From: a virus | Taxonomy: Duplodnaviria > Caudoviricetes | IMG/VR virus record: IMGVR_UViG_3300024272_000023 | Length of the DNA stretch: 64,000 nt | Reading direction: 5' to 3' (one strand) | In this document: in pieces, positions 18,201-29,800 of the stretch | How the letters are laid out: every line of letters starts with the position of its first letter | Position numbering within the stretch: the first letter of the stretch is position 1 | The notes under the pieces: generated by a model | Seen by the model: the letters and a program-made list of their open reading frames with translations, nothing else | Databases searched by the model: none | Told to the model about the DNA's origin: nothing | Program-made: the position numbers and the translations under genes

Positions 18201-18840
18201 CGCTGCCAGTTAAGATAATAGTCTTGGCGTCTTCACCTTTTGGTCCTTGAATACGACCTACATTGATAAAGTAGTCAACGCCATTTCTTGAATCTACGCA
18301 AACATATAAGTCGCCATTGTACATATAGGAGTCATTAAGTCCTGCGTTAGATACGTCGCTTCCTTCATATGTAATGGTGTAATAGTCCGTTTCTGGAATG
18401 GCGGTTACTGATGTTGCCGTGCCTTTCGGAACGATGCTCGTACCGTCTTTACCATTTAGACCAGTATTGTTTCTTACAAAAGTAATTTTTGAAAATGCTT
18501 GTATTCCCTGATATTCGGCTCGACAAATATAGGTCACGGCCGTTTGTGTCATATTGCTATTAATGGTAATTTCTTCGGTATAGTCACCGCTAGACACTAG
18601 AGTTTCAGTCGTTTCATTAAGATATTGTCGATACCATTTCAGCTTTTCTGGTTTCTTTTCTGCAGAATCAAGAAATACATCTGCGCTCAATTTTAAATTC
18701 GTTGTACTCCAATCTGGAGTATATCCTTTATTGTTAACATCATACAATTGAATAGTTGGGTGATTAGAAGAAATGTATACTTCTAATTTGCGACTATCTG
18801 TTGTATCTAAAAATGTTAACGGTTGTGAAGTTATTTTCAT
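15226..18840 (-). CDS. tail fibre / host-specificity protein with collagen-like linkers
   Basis: YTPDW N-terminus, G-X-Y stretches, repeated GKYLWTR/KT modules, Ig-like segments. Confidence 0.8.
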   Translation of the reverse strand: MKITSQPLTFLDTTDSRKLEVYISSNHPTIQLYDVNNKGYTPDWSTTNLKLSADVFLDSAEKKPEKLKWYRQYLNETTETLVSSGDYTEEITINSNMTQTAVTYICRAEYQGIQAFSKITFVRNNTGLNGKDGTSIVPKGTATSVTAIPETDYYTITYEGSDVSNAGLNDSYMYNGDLYVCVDSRNGVDYFINVGRIQGPKGEDAKTIILTGSAQAFKVSKTNVYTPSTISVTATPINTTVTEWTYSVNGGQTFLSTVPTGVVRNGNIVTVTGSTFASNSLVVKASDGTAVDVFTIYKAFDGADGEQGNPAPFAFLTNENISFTANSSGQVALTSFTTNVVAYIGTTKTTPVIGTITDLPAGMTVSAPVTAANEQILTFSIANNSTLGSASSNSGTITIPVTSPVSTNLKLSWSKINTGVTGAGIESTTVSYGVSDSSSTQPTDWQSTIPTVAEGKYLWTRTIIDYTDEKIPDTVTYIYAKQGTKGDSGAAGSSVTVSSVQYQEGASATTAPTGTWSNAVVAVADGKYLWTKTAFSDGKTAYGVAKQGANGKDGVGISSITIDYGVSDNASTKPTSWQQSIPVVAEGKYLWTRTITDYTDTSVADTVAYVYAKQGIKGDTGVAGSSVTVSSIQYQAGTSATTAPTGTWSDSVVAVSEGDYLWTKTTFSDGKVAYGIAKQGQKGDKGDQGAAGADAYTVLLTNESHVFAGSTSTAIASSATTQVLAYKGTTAQSVTIVSVNGVAAKTASTATGIAGLTFACSALSGTSPTITFTCTTSFVSPNGSIPIVLSVGGVSITKMFTYSIAFKGSTGATGGTGPQGSPATSYWLVSSASVVQKNASGTVILTPSTLTFTGKSQTGTNTPIDYGCRWIIAYSTDGSIYTNAYTSTANEITKTFTVDSTYKTIRVRMYLAGGTTTLLDEQIIPVVADGAIGAPGADAVTFQIYSSNGYALSINTPNVTLQTFAYIGDIEITAGATYQWYGYSASGWSAISGATNAYLTVNREDVAFSKSYMCKMTFGGVEYTSVATIDDKNDENKVFTTKPSNYAAGDLWVVGVDYAPAGVAVGTLLRAEHTNVTYGDVDWVTATKYDKELNDLKDNIETYNQYFSFDSTEGLKISAKDNNGTPSQFSTSLTNERLSFNYGNEAIAYINGTKMNIKEAEIESPLTVTGKYSGSTMLQAPVINIGKFSIIVESNGSLSIVANT
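16780..17590 (-). repeat. duplicated two-module repeat in the tail fibre
   Basis: [YGVSD..P..WQ..IP.VAEGKYLWTRT..YAKQG + SSVTVSS.QYQ.G.SATTAPTGTWS..YLWTKT.FSDGK.AYG.AKQG] occurs twice. Coordinates are approximate. Confidence 0.8.
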
Positions 18841-18856
18841 CGTAATACCCTCCTAT

Positions 18857-21800
18857 TCAATTATTTTCCGTTTTGTCGTTAGGGAATTTTGTTTCGTCAA
18901 AGTTTACCTCGCAGTAGAGCTGGGAATTCTTTTCAATGTCGCCAACGGCAATAAGTATTTGGTTTGGCTTGTCATCAACATATGTTGGTTTCCATTCAGA
19001 ATCTGCGGTCGCACTATTTGATACTCTCTTCCAGTTGAATGTGCCGCCGTTAGCAATGATTTTGTCTGTAATTGGCGTTTTATAATCATAAACTTCGCAA
19101 GTAACAGTACAAGTGTGAGAGAGATCTGAAAATACAGTTAATCCACTATAAACAAGTACCGTGCTAAAACGATAAGCATTATCTATAGCGGTCATTGCAT
19201 TCATATAGTCTGTACCACCAGATCTGATTTCAACACTCCCATCTTCGTTAACTATGAATTTGGTGTTTCCAGAACCAATTTCTATTGCGCCTCCACGTAT
19301 AAGTTTACCCTCCAATGTGTCAGCCGTCACATACTCCGCAATTGGACCCCATCTTTCCTCGCCATTAATAGTATATTTACCAAACGCCGCTTTAGATGTT
19401 CTCCACGAATCATTTGTTGCCACTAACGCATTGTTGATGATAGCCATCTCCTCAGGTTCAAACTCTGTTGAAGACCCATCTCGATACTTCCTAAAATGCA
19501 TTCCAGTAGAATCCCAACTTATAGCTTGACCGCTAGCACTACCAACAGCCAATGTCAAATCACTAAGACCGTTCGCGAGACTATCCTCAAGCCAATTGGT
19601 TTTATCCACAGACTTCTGCCAAGCACCACTTGATTTTGCCACTTGCTTACCGGCAGAAACAGCCTGTGCCAATAGGCTGGCATGCTTATCAATTTCTGAT
19701 TTTGTCGTTACAAGGTTGCCGAAGGTACAAGAGAAATCGCTCAAGTCATCAAAATTCATATTAACCTCAAGCAATCTCGACCTCTTAACGTATCCATCTC
19801 TAATGCCAACCTTAATAAAGTTGCCAAGTTGAAATTGGTCAAACAAAGGCTCAAATTCTGGAAGAGCAAGAATATTTGCCATAGTCATAGAAAATTCAAG
19901 ACTAGGCTTACAAAGCGTTTTCAATTCTTTGTCGGCTGCCTCCATCAGTTCTTGACAAATTTTAATACGCTCTTCTTCACTTTCATAACCCGTCAGCAAA
20001 AAGTTGGAATCGTTAAACTCATCTTCCTTGATAAGCGGAGACAGTCTAATCCATTGGTCTACCGTAAAGAACTTACTCATCTCAGTCTTGTCGCGAATGT
20101 ATTCCATAATCATTTGATACACGCCTTGTGAGTTTGCATAGGCCACATAAGGAGTTGTACCTTTAAGATAAACCGCAAATATGTGACCACTCGTTACGAC
20201 ATAAAGGGTTTTTTCATTAGTCGTTCCATCATAGTCTGCAAAATCTTCTTCTTCAACAACAATAGGGGTGTATACTTCCATCGCGTCATCCTTAGTGTAA
20301 TACTTCTCAACAGGATTGTATGGTTTATCATTTTCTCCATAAACTATTGGATCAAACGAGGTTGTAAATGTATATAATGGGTAATTAGTATTTAGCGATT
20401 CTCTTGTTACAGTATGACCGTTAAAATGAGTTAGAGCAGCATTATGCATATTTTCTTCTAAGGAAGAACCGTCTGTTGGCCGCAATACAATAACTCTATC
20501 CGGAACGCTGTATCCATTTAGACAATATTCGGCTTCACGTTCCTTAACCGATAGCACTTGCTGAACCGCCACGAGCTTATTATAGTTATCTATATATCTT
20601 TGATAATTTTCATAATCCTTTTGATCCGTTTCTGATACCGATGCACTAACAATCTCCCAACTATCTCCATCATATTCTTTTAAAACAATAGGATTACTAT
20701 TGGTATCAAGCCACCTCGTGCCCTCTTTATAATCTCCCTCGGGCGTTTCGTCTTGTACGATACATTGTGCCTTTTCTTGGGAGAACATTGCCTCGGTTTG
20801 TGTTTGGAAGATTGTGGTGTATGTCTTGTGTTTTTCTTCAAGCATACGAACTCCGTAATCTTGAAGGTTTTCTGGGATTGTTTCATCTTTTGCAAGAACG
20901 AAGTATGCGCCCATAGTGCCGATATATGTGATTTTATAGCCCTTTAAATCCATCTTTTCTGCCGTTAAAGTGCTCTTAATCCAATCTATAATAGGATATT
21001 CATCTGGCGCCTCAGAAACACCACTAGATGCTTTAACGACAATGGAATGAACATAGTAATCATTAGCCCAGATTGTAGTACCTTCTTTTGCAAACTCCGT
21101 CTTTTTTGTATTAAAATCTGTAGCGTCCTTAAATACAATATTAGTTTCAGAATATTTGCCATCTTTATCTTTGGTATAATACTGCAGACGCTCATCATAT
21201 GAATTTGCTTCTTGGCGCTTATCATAAATACGAATTGTTGTAACATCTGACGCAGAGTTTTTCAACTTTAACAAGATATTATCCTGTTTGTTTGCATTGG
21301 TATCTTCGTCAACATGGTACTGATTAAGCTTTTTGATGAGTGCAAATTTCTTTGCATCCCACGCCAGATCAACCTTAAATTTTTCTGTTTTACTGTAAAC
21401 CAATAACGCACCTTGAACTACATACATCTCTGCATCTGTTGGTGTCGGAATTGGTTTAGTATATGCTTCATCTAAATACAAAGCAGATGTTTCAACATAC
21501 TCAGTACCACTACCAATTGTGGTTTTGCAATATGCGGTATTGATTGGTGAAAATGTGCAATAAAGTTTCTTAAACTCATCACCAACAAGCACTACATTGC
21601 CTTCGGCAGGTACCTCATTCATCAAGTCGCTCCAGCGATTGTTGGCAGATACCCAACCTTTCATAGCGTCCGGATATGACATAGGATATATTGAACTTGT
21701 GTTACCAAACTTATCTATTCCGGTTTCTGCTTCCCGTAATGCGTCAAGATAGTCACCATATGCCTCGAACAAGTCCTGTTCCATCCATTCTTCCGTGTGA

Positions 21801-22885
21801 TAGAAACTTAAATCCATAATCTCGTTACGACCAAGATTAACTTCACGAATATCGAGATTATCAGAACCGGTGACTACAAGTTTTGTCTTAATATTATCAG
21901 AACTATAGGACACCTTACACTCTGATGCAAGATTATCTTTTGAAATAAATACGTCAGTTTCAAATTGCGTGTTAATCTCGCTGCCCACATCGGAATCATC
22001 TTCCACTTCTTCGTAGAAAGATACGGTTCCCTCAATAGAGTCCCATACTGCAACACACCCAAAAGTTTCACAGATATTGTTTTGAACAAAGTCATAAACA
22101 CTAATTCTATCTTCGCTAAATTTTCTCTCCTTGCGCCAAAGTGACTGATCTACATTGCCTATCTTCCATTCTGGCGTATTTTCAAAAACAAGATGAAGAA
22201 GAGAAAGGCCTCTTTTACTCTCGTTATTATTAAAGAATTGCACATTAGGGAACTTTTTCATATAAAGTCTTTCGTGAGGCTGCGAATCTTCTTTTGTATT
22301 CGCATTGACTAATTCTGCATATTCGGTTGCATCGTCAATTTGTACCTGTTCGTAGGTGTACGAATCAGTGTCAGTGTATACTTGCTGATAATAACTTTCA
22401 TATGGGTCAAAATCTCCAGAAGCAAGTTTATAAAAAGAATCTTTGTCTGTGTTATAATCAGTTCCATACTGTGCCTCGTTAAACAAAACTTCTTTAGAGT
22501 CAATCTCTCCCGTGTTAATATGAAAGTTTGTAAGATACTTGTTAGACGTTGCGTATTCAAGTGAGAAGGCCGACACAGATTTGATATCATTGTCACTAGA
22601 GGTATCATCAATGTCTTGAAGTGAAAAATACGACAATCCCTCAACAAGAATATTTCTAGGCGCCTCTACTTTGTCATATAACGGATGAACTTTGGTTTCG
22701 CCCGTAATCATATCTACATAAGTACGTTGTATTTCAAGCGAGAACTCACTATATGAATTCCATTTTGCATTTAATTGTCTATTAAAAGCAGGGAGTTCAC
22801 CTATTCTTTTCTTGCCCGTTGTACACAAAAATACTCTTGGTGGAATTGGGTTATTTAAATAATCACGAGAAAGTGTTAGTTTCAT
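18857..22885 (-). CDS. baseplate hub / Tal-like tail protein
   Basis: 1342 aa, directly after Dit; WKIGNVD, IKTKLVVTG, C-terminal LCKPSLEFSMTMAN..LGNFIKV..RLLEV..FSCTFGN. Confidence 0.75.
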   Translation of the reverse strand: MKLTLSRDYLNNPIPPRVFLCTTGKKRIGELPAFNRQLNAKWNSYSEFSLEIQRTYVDMITGETKVHPLYDKVEAPRNILVEGLSYFSLQDIDDTSSDNDIKSVSAFSLEYATSNKYLTNFHINTGEIDSKEVLFNEAQYGTDYNTDKDSFYKLASGDFDPYESYYQQVYTDTDSYTYEQVQIDDATEYAELVNANTKEDSQPHERLYMKKFPNVQFFNNNESKRGLSLLHLVFENTPEWKIGNVDQSLWRKERKFSEDRISVYDFVQNNICETFGCVAVWDSIEGTVSFYEEVEDDSDVGSEINTQFETDVFISKDNLASECKVSYSSDNIKTKLVVTGSDNLDIREVNLGRNEIMDLSFYHTEEWMEQDLFEAYGDYLDALREAETGIDKFGNTSSIYPMSYPDAMKGWVSANNRWSDLMNEVPAEGNVVLVGDEFKKLYCTFSPINTAYCKTTIGSGTEYVETSALYLDEAYTKPIPTPTDAEMYVVQGALLVYSKTEKFKVDLAWDAKKFALIKKLNQYHVDEDTNANKQDNILLKLKNSASDVTTIRIYDKRQEANSYDERLQYYTKDKDGKYSETNIVFKDATDFNTKKTEFAKEGTTIWANDYYVHSIVVKASSGVSEAPDEYPIIDWIKSTLTAEKMDLKGYKITYIGTMGAYFVLAKDETIPENLQDYGVRMLEEKHKTYTTIFQTQTEAMFSQEKAQCIVQDETPEGDYKEGTRWLDTNSNPIVLKEYDGDSWEIVSASVSETDQKDYENYQRYIDNYNKLVAVQQVLSVKEREAEYCLNGYSVPDRVIVLRPTDGSSLEENMHNAALTHFNGHTVTRESLNTNYPLYTFTTSFDPIVYGENDKPYNPVEKYYTKDDAMEVYTPIVVEEEDFADYDGTTNEKTLYVVTSGHIFAVYLKGTTPYVAYANSQGVYQMIMEYIRDKTEMSKFFTVDQWIRLSPLIKEDEFNDSNFLLTGYESEEERIKICQELMEAADKELKTLCKPSLEFSMTMANILALPEFEPLFDQFQLGNFIKVGIRDGYVKRSRLLEVNMNFDDLSDFSCTFGNLVTTKSEIDKHASLLAQAVSAGKQVAKSSGAWQKSVDKTNWLEDSLANGLSDLTLAVGSASGQAISWDSTGMHFRKYRDGSSTEFEPEEMAIINNALVATNDSWRTSKAAFGKYTINGEERWGPIAEYVTADTLEGKLIRGGAIEIGSGNTKFIVNEDGSVEIRSGGTDYMNAMTAIDNAYRFSTVLVYSGLTVFSDLSHTCTVTCEVYDYKTPITDKIIANGGTFNWKRVSNSATADSEWKPTYVDDKPNQILIAVGDIEKNSQLYCEVNFDETKFPNDKTENN

Positions 22886-22897
22886 ACAACCACCACC

Positions 22898-23725
22898 TTA
22901 ATATTCGCCGCACTTAATCACGGTACGATATTCCAAAGTCACTTCACAATTACCCTCAATAGCAATTTCATTCTTGCCATCGTATAATTCAAGCCACACC
23001 CAATTAAAATCATCTCCGAATATACGTCTAGTCAAAGAAGTCTTAATAATTTTATTTGCACCATCTATTGTAACTGTTTCATCAGAAGCATTGTTTGTCA
23101 ACTCAAGCGAATTGTATGACTTTGACGCATTAAAGAAGTCCGTGTGCTTGTTGATAAATTTAATGTTATTGCCATTTGTCTGAATTGTCACACGAGGATA
23201 AACTGGCTTGTTGTCGTCTGTATCTATGTTAATTGTAATCTTGTTGTCTGCCTCTGTTATTGTTTTGGTGGTCGTATAAAGGTCTGACATTGCGAATGGG
23301 GATATGCTATCCCAAGTCGCAGTTATTGCAACTGTACGATTATTCGCCAACTTCTGAAGCGACAATTCAACAAAACCGCCAATGCTAGCCCACGACACCA
23401 CATTACTATCATCGTAATACACCTCAAGGAGTGCCGTAGTATCCTTTTGTGTCAACCACTTGAGGGTTGCACGCACCTCCTCTTGGCTAAAATCACCGAA
23501 ATTTGACTTCGTAAAAGTAAATTTTGGCGAGAATGTTTCTGTATATTTCATATTGTGTATTCTTTTATATCGACCATCGTAAGACTCTGATGCCACAGCT
23601 TCTCTTGAAAGAAAGGTGTTTGCTTCCCCAGAATCGCTATCAAAGGCTACGCAGGTGATTAAATCTGGTATATTTAATTCATTGCTAAAGATACCTGAGT
23701 ATCTTATTCTATGAGGACTTACCAT
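22898..23725 (-). CDS. distal tail protein (Dit)
   Basis: Follows the tape measure; SPFA, VYPRVTI, WLELYDGKNEI pattern. Confidence 0.75.
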   Translation of the reverse strand: MVSPHRIRYSGIFSNELNIPDLITCVAFDSDSGEANTFLSREAVASESYDGRYKRIHNMKYTETFSPKFTFTKSNFGDFSQEEVRATLKWLTQKDTTALLEVYYDDSNVVSWASIGGFVELSLQKLANNRTVAITATWDSISPFAMSDLYTTTKTITEADNKITINIDTDDNKPVYPRVTIQTNGNNIKFINKHTDFFNASKSYNSLELTNNASDETVTIDGANKIIKTSLTRRIFGDDFNWVWLELYDGKNEIAIEGNCEVTLEYRTVIKCGEY

Positions 23726-23785
23726 ATGGCGTTCCCTCCTTAACTACTTCAATATTTTTGTTCATTTAAATCTTCTCCTTACAAT

Positions 23786-23822
23786 TTAGCAAAGGTGGGG
23801 ATTGCTCCCCACCAAATGCTAA
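23786..23822 (-). terminator. stem-loop after the tape measure
   Basis: GGTGGGGA-GCAA-TCCCCACC (GNRA loop) with an extended TTAGC/GCTAA stem. Confidence 0.6.
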
Positions 23823-23836
23823 GTAATTGTTTGTTT

Positions 23837-26800
23837 TTATCTGCTAAAACGTTTAATTGAGTAATTAAGCTGTTTAGCAAATATATCAATTTTCTTATCC
23901 ATCATCGCTTCAAGCTGAGGCAATGTGTCTTTATCAACACGGTCAACCTTTAGGAAGTTTTCCATATCGATAACAATTTCTGGCTTATTAATTGCGTTAG
24001 CAATCATATTAATACCAGAATCAAACTTCGGTCTATTAATTAAGCCATCAACAACCTTTGGAAGATCAATTAATTCCCGTGTTAAGTCCGCTGGAATAAC
24101 GGTACTTCCGGCTCTCATAAATGAAAGTGTACCTTCAGGAGTTGCATACATGGTTAATTCATCTCCAAATTGTGGCTCGTCTGTTATAGCCCATTCATCG
24201 CGAGTTGTACCAGTAGTACCCTTAGCATGGAAATGAGCGGGAACCATTTGATAATATTTATTATACCAGTCAGCGTCAGCACTATAGCCATTCTTACGAG
24301 ACTGTATGGCACGATTTTTAATATTGCTTTCAAGTGCTCTGGCCGTATTATAATCGTATTTACCAGTCTGAGCAACCCCTATAGTTTTTTGTACTGATTT
24401 GAGAGCATTAGAGGTTTGAGTATCCCATATGCCGTTAACTGGAACCTGTTTATTGTAAACCTGTTCTAATATGGTTTGAAGCGTTCTGACGCTTGCGCTT
24501 GGAGTTGGTGTAGGATTTCCACCGCCTCCACCAGAGCCAGAACCCGATCCAGCATTTGGATTACCTCCAACATTTTGCACTCTCAACTGGGCCTGGTATG
24601 CATTGTCTGCGGCAGTTTTAACTCCATTCCACTTATCAATAATTTTTTGAATCTGATTAGCAAAACCGGTAATAGTACTCGAAAACTTATTACCAAGTTC
24701 CGTTCCAGTCAAGAAGTTCGAATACTTTTCAACAGCAACCTTGGCTGTATTCCAAGAACCAGAAAGTTTTGAACCAACTCCGTTTGCGAATACGGTAATA
24801 GCACCACCCTCGCCAATCAAAGCGGCATATTCACCGGAGGTCATACTTAGTTTCAATTCATCTTTCCACGCTATTGCCTGTGCAGATGCGTCTTTCCAAG
24901 GTTGAGTTAATTCATCAGATAATGTGATACCATATGTGTCCGCTATATCATTAAGTTCATTATAAACAATATCGGCATTGAACAGCACATCCATCATACT
25001 ATTCTGAATGAGCAATTCAACATTATCTAAAGTTTCTTCAAGTTTTTCGATGCGCTTTTCCTGAGATTTCCTGTATGCCTCAGATTCATCATCAAGTGCA
25101 GAAGACCGTGCGTCACGGCTGTGGTCATAATAAGTATCGTTTAGACCCTCTTTGGCTTCCATAAGTTGAGCCTCAAGACGTCTACGTTCCGCTACATCGC
25201 TCGCTGCAGAACTACCACTTAAACTTGCGATACGACGCTCAAGTTCACTAATGTCTTTTGTTTGCTTTTTAATATTTTTTCTAAAATCATACAGATCTCT
25301 TTCGGCATCTAATTCTTCTTTTTTTGCATCAATTAAATCTTCGTATGCCTCAATTTCTTTTTCAATTCCTTCTTTTATAGCGTCAATGCGAGCTTCGTTA
25401 AGTTCAATAATGCTATCTCGTGCGTCATTTTGCGCATTGATCGAATCGTATAAACCATCAGTCAATGTTGCAAGACGCTCTTGATATTGCTCTTCGCTTA
25501 ATTCACCATTCTTATATTGCTCTTCGACTTTTGCAATTTCAGATTGGTATCTCTGCGTGTCTGCGGCTGCCTTCTCAATAAGATTCGTATACATTGCCAT
25601 ACGAGTCAGTGCGGCAGAACTCCAGTTACCATTCTCATCTGCGACGTCTTCGTCTTCTAGTAGACTATCAACAAGCTCTAATTCTTTTCCCAAACGCGAA
25701 ATTTCATCTGTGGCTTGTTCAAAATAATGGATATCAATTTCGCGAAGCGCCTCTTGCCAAGCGATGGTGTTTGATTCACACTCTTTGATTGCCACAGCAA
25801 CCTCATTAAGAGTATTATTGTAATCGGTCCATGTGTCCTGGTCGATAGCGTCTTTATTTGCTTCAAGATAGTTGCTTAACGCAGTATACTGTTCTTCTAA
25901 TAAATCCTTTTCTTCCGTAGAAGTGCGAAGTAAATCTTCGTAATATTCTGCTGACGCTTTTCCACCACGAGCCTCAGCTTTGTCAATTTCGGCCTCAATA
26001 AGATTGCGCTCATTGGTGATGAGGGCAAGTCTATTTTCGTATTTTGCAACCAACCTGTCCCATTCAGATTCAGCTTCTTCTTGGCCAGAAGTTTTGCTAC
26101 CTGGATCAAGAATATTATTAAATGATGTTGGAAGATTATCTCTAACTGAATCAATTAATCCAACGGTATTTTGGAAATTAGTCAATACTTGTTGCCACTC
26201 TTCATCGCTAACAAACTCATTATCCTGCGCACCTTTTAATGCAGCATTAAATGCAGCTACCGACCCGGCAGCAACAATTGCATCACTAGCGACAGTACTA
26301 AGTGCGCCAGAATAAGTTCCAAGCTCAATCGACGCTTGATTTGCGGCTACGGCACTATTACTAACCTCTATGGCTTTCTTGCGCTCTGCTAACGCATTTA
26401 ACTGGGTTATCGCAGTCTGTACGGCGGTTGCTTCAGCGTCAGCGAGTTTAGTTTCAAGCATGGCTTGAAGTGCAGATTGATTAATGGTTAATTGACCGCC
26501 CTCCATTTTTAGAACCGCAAGATATTCGGGTTGCAGCTGAAGCAATGCTTGAAGATTATCTAAAGACAAATAACCCTGTGCATTATATTCGGTCGTAATG
26601 TCTTTCAAGGTAGAGTAAACACTTTGAACTTTATCCGCAACAGTGTCAAAGGATTCAAATTCCAAATCAACTTTTAATCCAAGTTTATCGCCAAGTTCAT
26701 CTAATGTACCTTGTGCCTCTTCGGACAATTCATCATAATTTTGCGGATCTTCAAAATATGTTTGAAGCGCGAGTAGCTGCTCGTCTGTAGATACCATACG

Positions 26801-29800
26801 CGCAATTTCAGATTTAATTTCTTCATCAGACATATGTCTGGCCATAAAGTGAGTTTCTTTATACTTGGCAATTTGCTCATCAGTGATTTCGACTGTCGGG
26901 GCGATAACTTCGTCATACAATTTTTCGATTTGCTTTTGAATAGCTTTTCGATTTGCCTCTGCGTTGTCCTCATTAGAGGCTATAGTTGCTGTGTTGGTTT
27001 TGTCTGCCTCGGTTCGTGTGCTAATCCACAAAAACTTTCCACTCTTTTTTTTTTCGGATTTTTTAACTGCTTTTTCTAATTCATCTTCGCTTGCTTTGGC
27101 TCTTTCATATTCTGATGTCAGTGTTTGTAAAGTTTGAATCTGCGTATTATAAGTATCTGCCTTTTTTTTAGCGCTCTTTGCATCGTAAGTCGCCGCAATT
27201 ACTTGTTTTTGTTCGGCGGTAAGTAAAACATTGTTTGCCTTTTCATACTCAGAAATTGCCTCTTCGATTGTTTTTCCGCCGTTTAAAACTTCATTCGCAA
27301 TTTGTTCACCTATGCTAGAATATTCCTTAATGCCATTAAGTAGCTCCGATGCATTATTAACGCCCATATTGGTAAGCTGAGACCATAGTGCCACATATTG
27401 CTCCGTTTCAATTTTTTCTCCAGATAAAGCCGAAGTAATTAAAGTTTCAATTAAGTCATTAATTGCCGCCTTAGCTTCTTCGGTGGATGCGGTACCGGAT
27501 GTCATAATGCTTACAAAATCAGTCCACTTATCGCCCATACCACCAAAGGTTTCACTAAGCTCTACAAGTGTTTGGGCGGTAACAATACCCGTTTCGTTGA
27601 ATTCCTCAAAAGCACCCTTTAAACTTTCTACCTTGTCTGCGAGTTTTGCAGCTGCTTTAATGGCATCTTCAGTAGTAAATTCTTGTGCTTCCTCTTCAGC
27701 CTTCTTTAAGTCTTGGAAATAATATTTGACATCTGTGACAGTAACACCCATTTTGTATAGATTCTGTTTGAAGTCTTCATCAAACGCACTAGAGAAATCA
27801 AATTCTTCTCCGGCTTTCATTGCTTCTTCGATATCTTTCTTGATATCCTTAAGCTCTTGTGATGCATTATCTCCAAAGAGGCGCGATATATAGTTGGTTT
27901 TATTAAAAGTACCTCGTGCTACGCTGTACTGATCCCGAAGTTCGGCTAAATAATCGAGCGCCTTATCAGATTCTGCGCTATCTCCGTATTCAACACCGTT
28001 CAGTGCTTCAGAAATAACAGCAATATATTCATCTATTTCGGCAGATTTTTCATCCAATTCCTTTTGATATTTTTCAATATCTTTTAAAGAAGATGCATTA
28101 TCTAACTTATTTTTAATCTCTCGATAATCAGCCATATCGTCAAGAACTTCTTCGTCCTCTGATTTTCCGTTGAGCCACGTACCAATTTCATCACGTTTGC
28201 TATCAACAACTTTTGCCGCTTGACGACCAACAATGCCAGCTTTATGTTTTTCCTCGTCTTCCAAGAGTTCTTTCCTATGCTCTAACTCAGCGTTTGTTGC
28301 TCGAAGTTTATCGAGTTCTTCCTGCTCTTCGAATGTAAGATTACCTTTTGCAAGAAGCTCTTCCATACGATCGTTGGTTTTTTCAAGTTCAGAATTAACA
28401 GAATCAAGCTCGGAACGAATGTCGGAAAGTTCTGATTTAAGACCATCAAGTTCTTCTTGGAGTTCTTCGGTCGATTTATGAATTGCAGCAAACGCTGCAC
28501 CTAATGCCACAACAGCGCCGACGGCAAGCAATATCCATCCGATTGGTGTGGTAGTCATAAATGTCCACATAGCTTTTGTGGCACCCCAAATTCCTGCCAT
28601 TAACCCCTTAAAACCAAGACCAAGAAGTTGTGTCATAGTCATATTGGCAATTTGAGCTTTCGTTAAAGCACCATTTGCAATTTGTTGCTTGACATATTCC
28701 GTTGATAACAACTTCATTATCAATAACTGTTTAAGCTTCGCACCAACATCCGCAAGGGTAGCGTCTTTACTCATTGCTGTTGCTAAAACATCTTTCCAAG
28801 TAGACGCCACCTTGCCGTCTGACGCCAACGCGGCTACTGCGTCAATTGTTGCGCTCTCTCCAGTAACAATATTGTCGGCCTTTTCTGCCGCTGTTTTCGC
28901 ATTAATTGCTGCGGTCATTCCATCCAGCTTGCCGGACGCCTCTCCAATCGTTTTGTCCATTTCGGCTAAATCAAACTGAGCGGCATAACGCACAGTGTCT
29001 ACTTTTTTCTTCTGCAATGAGTCTAAGTCTTTTTCTATATTGGCTATTTCCTGAGACGCATCTGTAATATGTTGGTCGCGCTCCTTGTTCATGCGGATAC
29101 CATCATTAAATTTACGGGTAACTGGCTCGGACTCTGCTTTTGCAAGCTTTTGTTTTGCTACCTCTAATTTCTTCTGCGTGTCTGTTATGTCGTCATCTAT
29201 GGAAGTCGTGTCAATCTCGACCAACTTTAGCATATCGTCACGGGAGTCTGATTCTACGGCTTTGGCCAACTCTTCACGTCTTGCCTTAATTGCATCTACT
29301 TCTTTTACGAATGCATCTCTATCGCCGATAAGCGCACCTAATTCTGGGTCAACGGGTGCTTTAGGTTCAGCGTCGTCAATTTGTTTACGCAAGATATCAA
29401 CGCGATCCTGCGCGTCTCTTCTTTCTTGAGCGGTACGCTTATTTCCATGTTGCACGTCCGCCTGAGTTGTCTTAGCAAGATCTTGCTCTGCCTTTGCTAA
29501 TTGTTGTTTAAGCGCTTCGACACCGTCTTCTGCTGGCTTAAAGAAATTGCTAAAAATGCCATGATTTTTCTCTAAGTATGTCAGAAATCCGACAAATGCG
29601 ATATTCACTGGGCCAATTGCGTCAACTATTTTTACAAGTTGCGTCGCAAGGTCAACAAAGAATTTGACAACATCGCTATCAAGTGTGTCACTCCACATTG
29701 CTTGCATAGCATTGTTGAATTGGTCAATTTTACCCTGAATGCTATCCAAATATTTTTCATTTTCTTTTAACGCACTACCCTCTGCGTTCATCGCATCTTT

